Below are positions 48,460-55,896 of a DNA stretch of 64,000 nucleotides, one piece after another. Under the pieces are notes generated by a model. The model did not search any database. It was not told the DNA's origin and saw only the letters and a program-made list of their open reading frames with translations. The stretch's first letter is position 1, and every line of letters starts with the position of its first letter. The position numbers and the translations under genes were made by a program. Origin of the DNA: Candidatus Woesebacteria bacterium (GTDB lineage: Bacteria; Patescibacteriota; Microgenomatia; UBA8517); NCBI GenBank assembly GCA_013374855.1, contig CP055308.1, positions 661,310 to 725,309 on the forward strand, given 5' to 3'.

Positions 48460-50124
48460 ATGAGTAGGGTTTTATTAAGAAAGTTAACAATTAAAAATTT
48501 AGGACCGATCAAAGAAGATGAGGTTTTTTTCAATGAATTTACTTTTTTTGTCGGGAGAAACAACGCCGGAAAATCACATTATCTGAAGGCAATTGAACTA
48601 TTGCTGTCTACTGGAATAAGGAAGGAGCATATTCCAAAATGGCAACATGACAAAGATAAACCGATAGTTTTAAAGGGCGAATTTACTGGAGTTAGTGATT
48701 TTACTCATTTAGTAAAGGTTAGTAATCACAAAGAGGCGATAGAAAACGCTATTGATAATGGTGTTTTGAAGATTGCCTCTGTACTAACTCCGGAGGCGGG
48801 TGTTCAGATTGGTATTTATAAAGAAGATGGTACTTTACACAATCCAAGTGGTTTTACAGGAAATTTATTAAAAATTCTTCCAGATGTTATATCGATTCCA
48901 GCTACTGCAGATACTGTGCAAGAATTAGCTGATAAATCTACAACAGCATTGGGAAAATTAAAAAAAGAAGTAATGAGCTCTTTCTTTCAAGAATTAGCTG
49001 TTAAAACAAAATCTGTTTTAACAGATTTGGACAATTTCCTCCATAGCGAAGAAGAGGGAGTACGTTCTAAAGCAATTACAGAGTTTGAGGCTGGGTTAAA
49101 GGAAGAATTTATGGGTGAATTTAGTGATATTACACCATTTGTTGAATTTGGCTTACCAGACGAAACTGTTATTGCAAAAGAGATGAAGATCTTCCTTGAT
49201 GACGGACATAAAACAGAAGTGGAGCAGAAAGGGCATGGCCTACAGAGAGCAACATTATTAGCTTTTTTGAAGTTATTAGCTAAAAAAGGTAAAAGATATC
49301 AAGATCGTCCTGCACCAATGTTTATAATTGGAGAATTAGAATCTTTTCTTCATCCGTATGCTCAACGTGAGATGGCAAATGCTTTAATCCAAATGATGGA
49401 GCGTTATCAGATAGTAACAACTACACATTCACCTTTCATTGTTACACCAACAACTATTGAGGGCTATCGAAGAGTAAGAAAAACTAAAGATGAAGGAACC
49501 AAAAATATCGCTCTCAATCCATCCAGCGTTGATGTAAGTTTAATTAAACGACACCTTGAGCGTCGTGGAAATCTTGAAGGATTATTTGCTGACAGAGTTG
49601 TTTTAATTGAAGGTAGTCATGACGAGAATTTTTATGAAAAATTAAAAATCATTTTTAATATTCATCCTCCAAAAGGAAAATTTACTCTTTTCATTAAAGC
49701 CGATGGCAAAAAGCAATTAAGATTGGCGAGGAAATTCTATCAACAAATGTGTTTTGATGATATTGCTGTGATATGTGATTTAGATTATTTATTTAGTCGT
49801 GATATAGAATATCTGCTTGAAGAATTTGGATTGAATAAAGAATTACCCCAACAATTTCGTGAACACATTGATTGCCAAGACGATTGTGATCCAAAACTAG
49901 ATTATATAGCTCAAAAATTAGAAGAAAAAGGAACACCTGATGATTTTGATGATTTGATCCGGAATTTACAGGATAAACGATTTTTTGTGTTGCGACATGG
50001 CGCGCCGGAAATGTATTATAAACATAACAAAGGGGAAAAGAATGGTTGGAATAACATTAACTCAGAAGATGATTTATTAGAGTCTGATTATTTGAAAGAA
50101 CTGATGAAATCGGTTTTAATGTAA
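48460..50124 (+). CDS. OLD-family ATP-dependent nuclease (ABC-type ATPase + C-terminal Toprim), standalone
   Basis: Walker A GRNNAGKS, Walker B/D-loop FIIGELESFLHP, TTHSPFIV, and C-terminal Toprim VVLIEGSHDENFYE...DLDY. No adjacent helicase. Confidence 0.7.
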   Translation: MSRVLLRKLTIKNLGPIKEDEVFFNEFTFFVGRNNAGKSHYLKAIELLLSTGIRKEHIPKWQHDKDKPIVLKGEFTGVSDFTHLVKVSNHKEAIENAIDNGVLKIASVLTPEAGVQIGIYKEDGTLHNPSGFTGNLLKILPDVISIPATADTVQELADKSTTALGKLKKEVMSSFFQELAVKTKSVLTDLDNFLHSEEEGVRSKAITEFEAGLKEEFMGEFSDITPFVEFGLPDETVIAKEMKIFLDDGHKTEVEQKGHGLQRATLLAFLKLLAKKGKRYQDRPAPMFIIGELESFLHPYAQREMANALIQMMERYQIVTTTHSPFIVTPTTIEGYRRVRKTKDEGTKNIALNPSSVDVSLIKRHLERRGNLEGLFADRVVLIEGSHDENFYEKLKIIFNIHPPKGKFTLFIKADGKKQLRLARKFYQQMCFDDIAVICDLDYLFSRDIEYLLEEFGLNKELPQQFREHIDCQDDCDPKLDYIAQKLEEKGTPDDFDDLIRNLQDKRFFVLRHGAPEMYYKHNKGEKNGWNNINSEDDLLESDYLKELMKSVLM

Positions 50125-50154
50125 CTAACCCCACCCGCCACCCTTTTGATTAGT

Positions 50155-50380
50155 AGCTCGTCCTTGCGTCAGCAAGGAAGCAAAACCCGCAAAAATTGTT
50201 TCCTTAATTGAAAAAATTTTTTGCGCGCGCCTATTAAAAGAAAAAGAAATTTTTCGGGTTTTGCCTGCAGCCGTCAGGCAGTAGCGAGCCGCTGGGCGGG
50301 ATTGCCGCCCTGCGGGCGGCAATCAGTCAGCGTCAGGGTTTTGCTGGTAGAAGGTTCTAACTTTTTCCAGCAGACACCAC
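50155..50380. repeat. inverted repeat B, copy 2 (226 bp); right end of the island ends in CCAC
   Basis: Identical to the reverse complement of 44690..44915. Internal hairpins CCTTGC-GTCA-GCAAGG (50162..50177) and TTGCCGCCC-TGC-GGGCGGCAA (50302..50322), plus an 18 bp arm pair 50180..50197 / 50248..50264. Confidence 0.9.
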
Positions 50381-50449
50381 AAGTAAAATCCCCTACTCAA
50401 ACCACCCCCATAAAATATATAATTAATACCAGATAAACTACTAAGTCTA

Positions 50450-51286
50450 ATGCAAAAAATAAATACTTTAAATACCAAGAGTCAAACTGAAGCCGTTGGG
50501 CAGAATACTCAACCTTATTTTTTATCAAAAAATATAGTTATCTATAACGAGGACTTCCTTAAAATTAAAAAAATCCCAATATCTTCAGTAGATCTAATTG
50601 TAACTTCACCACCCTACAATGTTGATATCCATTATAATTCTCACAATGACAATTTATCATATAACAATTATTTAGAATTTACTACCAAATGGCTCAAAAA
50701 GTGTCTAGAAATAACAAAAAATGATGGAAGGCTTTGCCTAAACATTCCCCTTGATAAAAACAAAGGTGGGCAACAATCTGTCTACGCAGATGTAACCCAC
50801 ATCGCAAAAGAGGTGGGTTGGCGATATCATTCAACAATAATTTGGAACGAAGGAAACATTTCAAGAAGAACTGCTTGGGGATCTTTTAAGTCTGCATCAG
50901 CACCTTATGTTATTGCTCCAGTTGAAACAATTGTAATTCTCTATAAAAAATATTGGAAAAAAACAAGCGGAAGCAAAATTAGCGACATATCCAAAGAGGA
51001 ATTTATGGAGTGGACAAATGGAGTATGGACTTTTAGTGGAGAAAGTAAAAAACGCGTAGGGCACCCCGCACCTTTTCCAATAGAATTACCTAGAAGATGC
51101 ATAAAATTATTTAGTTTTGTAAATGATACTGTTTTAGATCCATTTGTAGGTAGTGGTACCACTCTTCTAGCAGCCAACTCTCTTAATAGGAAAGGAATAG
51201 GTGTTGATATAGATAAAGAATATTGCAATTTAGCCATTAAGAGATTGAGGAAAGAAGCAAAAATACACCAAGCAAGTTTATTATAA
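50450..51286 (+). CDS. DNA methyltransferase, beta-class N6A/N4C
   Basis: VTSPPYNV catalytic motif then DPFVGSGTTLLAA motif I. Lies just outside the island's right repeat. Confidence 0.8.
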   Translation: MQKINTLNTKSQTEAVGQNTQPYFLSKNIVIYNEDFLKIKKIPISSVDLIVTSPPYNVDIHYNSHNDNLSYNNYLEFTTKWLKKCLEITKNDGRLCLNIPLDKNKGGQQSVYADVTHIAKEVGWRYHSTIIWNEGNISRRTAWGSFKSASAPYVIAPVETIVILYKKYWKKTSGSKISDISKEEFMEWTNGVWTFSGESKKRVGHPAPFPIELPRRCIKLFSFVNDTVLDPFVGSGTTLLAANSLNRKGIGVDIDKEYCNLAIKRLRKEAKIHQASLL

Positions 51287-51287
51287 A

Positions 51288-51875
51288 ATGTCAAAGAACA
51301 AGAAAACAATCGGAGACTTGATAAAAGAATATTTCAAGAAGCATGCAAAGCAAGATATGCAGCATGGCCCTGTAGTTGATTGGGTTGAAGAACAATATCT
51401 AAGAATTTATGGTCGAAAACCAAGAGATATATGGCGTAGCATACGTAGCCTGCACGAGCAAGGTTTCCTTATAAAAGTTAAAAAAGGTGTCTACCGGTAT
51501 GATCCTGAAAAAATCAAAAGAAGAAAACTAAAAGACTTTACAACAAAACAAAAGGTGCAAATACTAGAACGTGATGGATACAAATGCGTGATATGTGGAA
51601 GAGGTAAAAAAGAGGGAGTCGAATTACATGTTGACCATATAAAACCTAGGTATCTTGGAGGTAAATCCACAATAGAAAACGGACAAACATTATGTGCCCA
51701 ACACAACTTTATCAAGAAAACTCTAAATCAAACTGAGACAGGAAAGAAAATGTTCATTAGGCTGTATGATTTAGCAAAGAAGGAAAAAAATGAAAAGATA
51801 CAAAAATTTTGTTCCGACATACTTGAAATCTACGAAAAGTATAGAATAAACGGACACATAAAATGGGAAAAGTAG
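51288..51875 (+). CDS. HNH endonuclease (candidate type II restriction enzyme partner of the preceding MTase)
   Basis: C-terminal HNH motif (CVICG...HVDHIKPRYLGG...N...LCAQHN). ATGA overlap couples it to the upstream MTase gene. Confidence 0.65.
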   Translation: MSKNKKTIGDLIKEYFKKHAKQDMQHGPVVDWVEEQYLRIYGRKPRDIWRSIRSLHEQGFLIKVKKGVYRYDPEKIKRRKLKDFTTKQKVQILERDGYKCVICGRGKKEGVELHVDHIKPRYLGGKSTIENGQTLCAQHNFIKKTLNQTETGKKMFIRLYDLAKKEKNEKIQKFCSDILEIYEKYRINGHIKWEK

Positions 51876-51888
51876 TATAATTCATTCT

Positions 51889-53628
51889 ATGAATAAAGAG
51901 GAAAAGTTAAATGCAATAAGGCACACCGCAGAACATATTCTAACCCAAGCAGTACTTAAACTCTTTCCCAAAGTAAAGATGGCAATGGGGCCTGCAATAG
52001 ATAATGGCTTCTATTTTGATTTTGATCCAAATGGAGAAGATATAAAAGAGGAAGACTTTCCCAAAATTGAAGCTGAAATGAAAAAGATAATAGACCGCAA
52101 TCTGCCACTTACAAAAGAAGAGATAACAATCAACAAAGCAAGAGCAATGTTTTCTGACAATCCTTACAAACAAGAATGGCTTGATGAAATCGAAAAAAGA
52201 AAAGAAAAACCAACTGTCTACTGGACAGGAAATGAATTTGTTGATCTTTGTGCTGGGCCTCATGTAAAGTCAACCGGAGAGGTTGGAGCTTTCAAATTGC
52301 TATCTGTAGCTGGAGCTTACTGGCACGGAAATGAAAAAAACAAAATGCTTACCCGCATTTACGGAACTGCATTCGAAACAAAAGAAGAACTAGAAAAATA
52401 TCTTAAAGCTCAAGAAGAAGCCAAAAAACGTGACCACAGAAAGATAGGCAAGGAGTTGGGACTCTTTATCTTACCAGAAGAAGTAGGAAGTGGACTGGTT
52501 TTACTTACTCCAAAAGGAGCAATAATTAGAAGAGAAATAGAAAATCTAATAATAGAAGAGCAGACCAAAAGAGGTTATTTGCATGTATACACCCCTCACA
52601 TAGGCAAAAAAAGCCTTTGGAAAACATCAGGACATTGGGATCTCTATAAAGACAAAATGTATTCTGCGATGAAAATAGATAAAGATGAATATTTAGTAAA
52701 ACCAATGAATTGTCCTTTCCATATGGCAATATATAAATCAGAAATTAGAAGCTATAAAGATATGCCAATTAAAATCGCAGAGATTGCAACTGTATATCGC
52801 TATGAGAAAGCAGGAGAGTTATCAGGACTTTTGCGCGTAAGACACATTACCCAAGATGACTCTCATATTTTCTGCCGAGAGGACCAAGTTGTAGAAGAAT
52901 TTGTAAAAGTCTTTGAATATACAGAGTACCTTTTATCTGTCTTTGGATTAAAAAATTATTACTTAAGACTTGGTTTGCGATCTCCAAAAGAAAAATATCT
53001 AGGAAATGATGCAATATGGAAAAAAGCAGAAAAAGAAATCATAAAAGCCATAGAAAAGAAAAAACTAAACTATGTAAAAAGCGAGGGCGATGCAGCGTTT
53101 TACGGGCCAAAACTTGACATTGTTATAAAAGATGCACTTGGTAGAGAGTGGCAATGTGGAACAATTCAGGTTGACTTTATGCTTCCACAAAGGTTTTCTC
53201 TTTCCTACATTAACAAAGAAGGAAAAGAAGAAACGCCTGTCTTAATCCACCGCGCGCCCCTTGGATCAATTGAAAGGTTTATGGCAATACTGATAGAACA
53301 TTATGCTGGAAACTTTCCATTATGGCTCTCGCCCGTACAAGTAAAAGTCTTATCCATCAATACCAGAAATGAAAAATATGCCGAGGAGATATTTAAGACA
53401 CTCCTAAATCACTCAATAAGATCAGAAATTGACAAAGAAAATCAAACTCTTTCCTACAAAGTAAGAAAGGCAGAAAATGAAAAGATACCGTATATTTTGA
53501 TTATCGGAGACAAAGAAGAAAAGGAAAAAACAATCTCTGTAAGATCAAGGAAAGACAAGAGTGTAAAAGAGGAAAAACTAGAAAACTTCATAAAGAAAAT
53601 AAAAGAAGAGATAGAAAATAAATCTTAA
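51889..53628 (+). CDS. thrS: threonyl-tRNA synthetase (short N-terminus)
   Basis: tRNA_SAD HTAEH motif, class II catalytic core and C-terminal anticodon-binding domain. Confidence 0.9.
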   Translation: MNKEEKLNAIRHTAEHILTQAVLKLFPKVKMAMGPAIDNGFYFDFDPNGEDIKEEDFPKIEAEMKKIIDRNLPLTKEEITINKARAMFSDNPYKQEWLDEIEKRKEKPTVYWTGNEFVDLCAGPHVKSTGEVGAFKLLSVAGAYWHGNEKNKMLTRIYGTAFETKEELEKYLKAQEEAKKRDHRKIGKELGLFILPEEVGSGLVLLTPKGAIIRREIENLIIEEQTKRGYLHVYTPHIGKKSLWKTSGHWDLYKDKMYSAMKIDKDEYLVKPMNCPFHMAIYKSEIRSYKDMPIKIAEIATVYRYEKAGELSGLLRVRHITQDDSHIFCREDQVVEEFVKVFEYTEYLLSVFGLKNYYLRLGLRSPKEKYLGNDAIWKKAEKEIIKAIEKKKLNYVKSEGDAAFYGPKLDIVIKDALGREWQCGTIQVDFMLPQRFSLSYINKEGKEETPVLIHRAPLGSIERFMAILIEHYAGNFPLWLSPVQVKVLSINTRNEKYAEEIFKTLLNHSIRSEIDKENQTLSYKVRKAENEKIPYILIIGDKEEKEKTISVRSRKDKSVKEEKLENFIKKIKEEIENKS

Positions 53629-53693
53629 AACTTTAATACTTGATAAGAAATCTGTATTTTAGTAAAATGATATCGGTTTTAAAATAGGCAAAG

Positions 53694-54230
53694 TTGAAAG
53701 ACGTTCTATCCAACTGGAAAATTAATCAACAAATAAAAGCAGATTTAGTAAGAGTTCTTGATGCCGACAAAAAACTAGTCGGCATTATGAGCTTAAAAGA
53801 AGCATTAGAAGAAAGCGCAAAAAGAGAGCTAGATTTGATTGAAATCGCTCCCAAAGCAAATCCGCCAGTAGTGCGGATGATGGAGCTGGGGAAATTTAAA
53901 TATGAACTTGAAAAAAGATTAAGAAAAGAAAAAAGAGGTGCAAAGGGTGGTGAAACAAAAGAAATCAGATTTTCACCATTTATAGCAGAAGCAGATTTTC
54001 AAAACAGGCTAGAAAGAATTAAAGAGTTTTTGCAAGAGGGAAATAAGATAAGAATAGTAGTAAAATTCACAGGCAGACAAATGAACAGTAAAAATTTTGG
54101 CTACAAAATCATAAAAAGAGTACTTGATGAGATAGGAATGAATGTAAATATAGATATGGAACCAAAATTTCTTGGTAGACATTTGGTAAGTGTTATTTCG
54201 CCTTTAGCCAAGTCTAAAGCAAAAGAATAA
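53694..54230 (+). CDS. infC: translation initiation factor IF-3
   Basis: IF3_N ([24 protein letters not shown]) and IF3_C ([13 protein letters not shown]...). Non-ATG start (TTG or a nearby ATT), as is common for infC. Confidence 0.85.
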   Translation: MKDVLSNWKINQQIKADLVRVLDADKKLVGIMSLKEALEESAKRELDLIEIAPKANPPVVRMMELGKFKYELEKRLRKEKRGAKGGETKEIRFSPFIAEADFQNRLERIKEFLQEGNKIRIVVKFTGRQMNSKNFGYKIIKRVLDEIGMNVNIDMEPKFLGRHLVSVISPLAKSKAKE

Positions 54231-54234
54231 AGCT

Positions 54235-54429
54235 ATGCCAAAAATAAAAACAAAAAACATAATCGCAAAAAGATTCAAAATTACCAAAAGAGGGAAAGTC
54301 CTACGAAAACAGGGTTTTGCTCGTCATTTAAATACAAAAAAATCATCAAAAAGAAAAAGATCCTTAAGGAAAATTGTTTCAACAAAAAAAACTTGGGCAA
54401 GGAAAATAAAAAAATCAACAGGTAAATAA
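54235..54429 (+). CDS. rpmI: 50S ribosomal protein L35
   Basis: [23 protein letters not shown]-terminus. Confidence 0.9.
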   Translation: MPKIKTKNIIAKRFKITKRGKVLRKQGFARHLNTKKSSKRKRSLRKIVSTKKTWARKIKKSTGK

Positions 54430-54430
54430 T

Positions 54431-54769
54431 ATGGCAAGAACCAAATCAATAGCATCTAGAAAACATAGAAAAATATTAAAAAAAGCTAAAGGCTACAAGC
54501 AAGCAAGAAGCAAGAGGGTTAAGGTTGCCAAAGAAGCTCTTCTTCATACAGGTCAGTACGCATACGTTGGCAGAAAAGAAAGAAAAAGAAATCTAAGACG
54601 GCTTTGGATAACTCGTCTCTCTTCCGCTGCCAAAAACGAAGGATTATCTTATTCCAAACTAATTAAAAAGTTAAAAGACAACAAAATCGAAATAGATAGA
54701 AAAATCCTAAGCAACATAGCATTTAAAGAGCCAGATCTTTTCAAAAAAATATTAAACAGCCTAAAATGA
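54431..54769 (+). CDS. rplT: 50S ribosomal protein L20
   Basis: MARTKSIASRKHRK...RRLWITRLS signature. Confidence 0.9.
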   Translation: MARTKSIASRKHRKILKKAKGYKQARSKRVKVAKEALLHTGQYAYVGRKERKRNLRRLWITRLSSAAKNEGLSYSKLIKKLKDNKIEIDRKILSNIAFKEPDLFKKILNSLK

Positions 54770-54860
54770 AGCATTTTACCTCCGCCTTATATTACTTTAG
54801 AATATAATTCAAGGCGGAGTTTTCTGGTTTTAAAATCTCCGCCAAAACGGAGTATTTTTT
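54766..54860 (+). promoter_or_regulatory. candidate pheS attenuator: 13-codon leader ORF (MKHFTSALYYFRI) overlapping mutually exclusive hairpins S1:S2 / S2:S3 / S3:S4, ending in a T-run before pheS
   Basis: S1 CTCCGCCTT 54780..54788 pairs with S2 AAGGCGGAG 54811..54819. S2 can instead pair with S3 CTCCGCC 54837..54843. S3 pairs with S4 CGGAG 54848..54852, followed by TATTTTTT. Leader ATG 54766 overlaps the rplT stop (ATGA). Same gene order as the E. coli pheM-pheST attenuator locus. Confidence 0.4.
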
Positions 54861-55895
54861 ATGGAGACAGAAGAAATATTGAATTTAAAAAACGAAGCTT
54901 TTGCTCAAATAACAACAGCTCAAACCAAAGAAGAGCTCGAAAATATTAGAGTAGCTTACCTTGGCAAAAACGGCAAAATAACAAACCTCATAAAAAAAAT
55001 AAAAAATATCACTCCCGAAAAAAGGAACAAGTATGGGAGAACAATTAACTCAACAAAGCAAAACATAGAAAATCTGCTTTTTGAGAGAAAGCAACAGATA
55101 ATAGAGGAGTTGGAAAAAAAAGAAGAATGGTTTGATCTAACAATACCGGGAATAAAGCCTCAAATTGGCTCAAAACATCCACTTCTTGAAACACTCAAAG
55201 AAGTAGAAAATATATTTCGATATCTTGGATATCAAGTAGCAGAAGGACCGGAAATCGAAACTGATTACTATAATTTTGAGGCACTAAACATTCCTCAAGA
55301 TCACCCAGCAAGAGACATGCAAATGACATTTTATCTCAACTTAAAAGATGAAAAAGGAAATCCTAAAATATTGCGAACACAAACATCGGCAATGCAGGTA
55401 AGAGTAATGGAACAAATAAGACCTCCTTTCCGAGTTCTGGTTCCTGGCAGAAACTTCCGATATGAGCAAGTAGATGCCTCACATGGTTTCGAGTTCTGGC
55501 AAGTAGAAGGATTTGTTGTGGATAAGGATATCTCTCTTACTGATCTTTTTGGAACAATAGATTTCGTTCTAAGAGAACTGTTTGGAGAAAACATAAAATT
55601 AAGATTTGCTACAACTAATTTTCCTTTTGTGGAGCCGGGTGTGGATACTTATATGAGTTGTACTATTTGCAATCAAAAGGGTTGTCCTTTTTGTAAAAAT
55701 ACAGGATGGAGCGAGATTATGCCAGCAGGAATTATTCATCCCAATGTCCTCAGAAGAGGTAAAATAGATCCTGAAAAATGGGGAGGTTTTGCCTTTGCAA
55801 TTGGTCTTTCAAGAATAGTTAACCTAAAATACAGAATAAGCGACTTAAGAACACTAAATACACCAGATATAAGGATTCTTTCTCAATTCAAATAA
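54861..55895 (+). CDS. pheS: phenylalanyl-tRNA synthetase alpha subunit
   Basis: Class II motifs; FRYEQVDASHGFEFWQVEG and AFAIGLSRIV. Confidence 0.9.
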   Translation: METEEILNLKNEAFAQITTAQTKEELENIRVAYLGKNGKITNLIKKIKNITPEKRNKYGRTINSTKQNIENLLFERKQQIIEELEKKEEWFDLTIPGIKPQIGSKHPLLETLKEVENIFRYLGYQVAEGPEIETDYYNFEALNIPQDHPARDMQMTFYLNLKDEKGNPKILRTQTSAMQVRVMEQIRPPFRVLVPGRNFRYEQVDASHGFEFWQVEGFVVDKDISLTDLFGTIDFVLRELFGENIKLRFATTNFPFVEPGVDTYMSCTICNQKGCPFCKNTGWSEIMPAGIIHPNVLRRGKIDPEKWGGFAFAIGLSRIVNLKYRISDLRTLNTPDIRILSQFK

Positions 55896-55896
55896 A

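Larger units (their letters stand above)
42935..50380. mobile_element. integrated genomic island at the tRNA-Ala 3' end: large serine recombinase plus restriction-modification/OLD-nuclease cargo, bounded by split copies of a GC-rich recombination module
   Basis: The left end (CCAC + A half, 42935..43058) and right end (B half + CCAC, 50155..50380) together reconstitute the intact internal module 44570..44915 in reverse orientation. GC-rich recombinase gene, AT-rich cargo, tRNA-adjacent. See findings. Confidence 0.7.

Noticed and set aside
51889-51960. T-box or other riboswitch leaders upstream of thrS, tyrS and pheS
   Set aside because: Upstream gaps are 13 nt (thrS), ~100 nt (tyrS) and 90 nt (pheS). 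They are too short for T-box elements and no specifier/T-box motif is visible. Only the pheS spacer shows an attenuator-like fold, reported separately.
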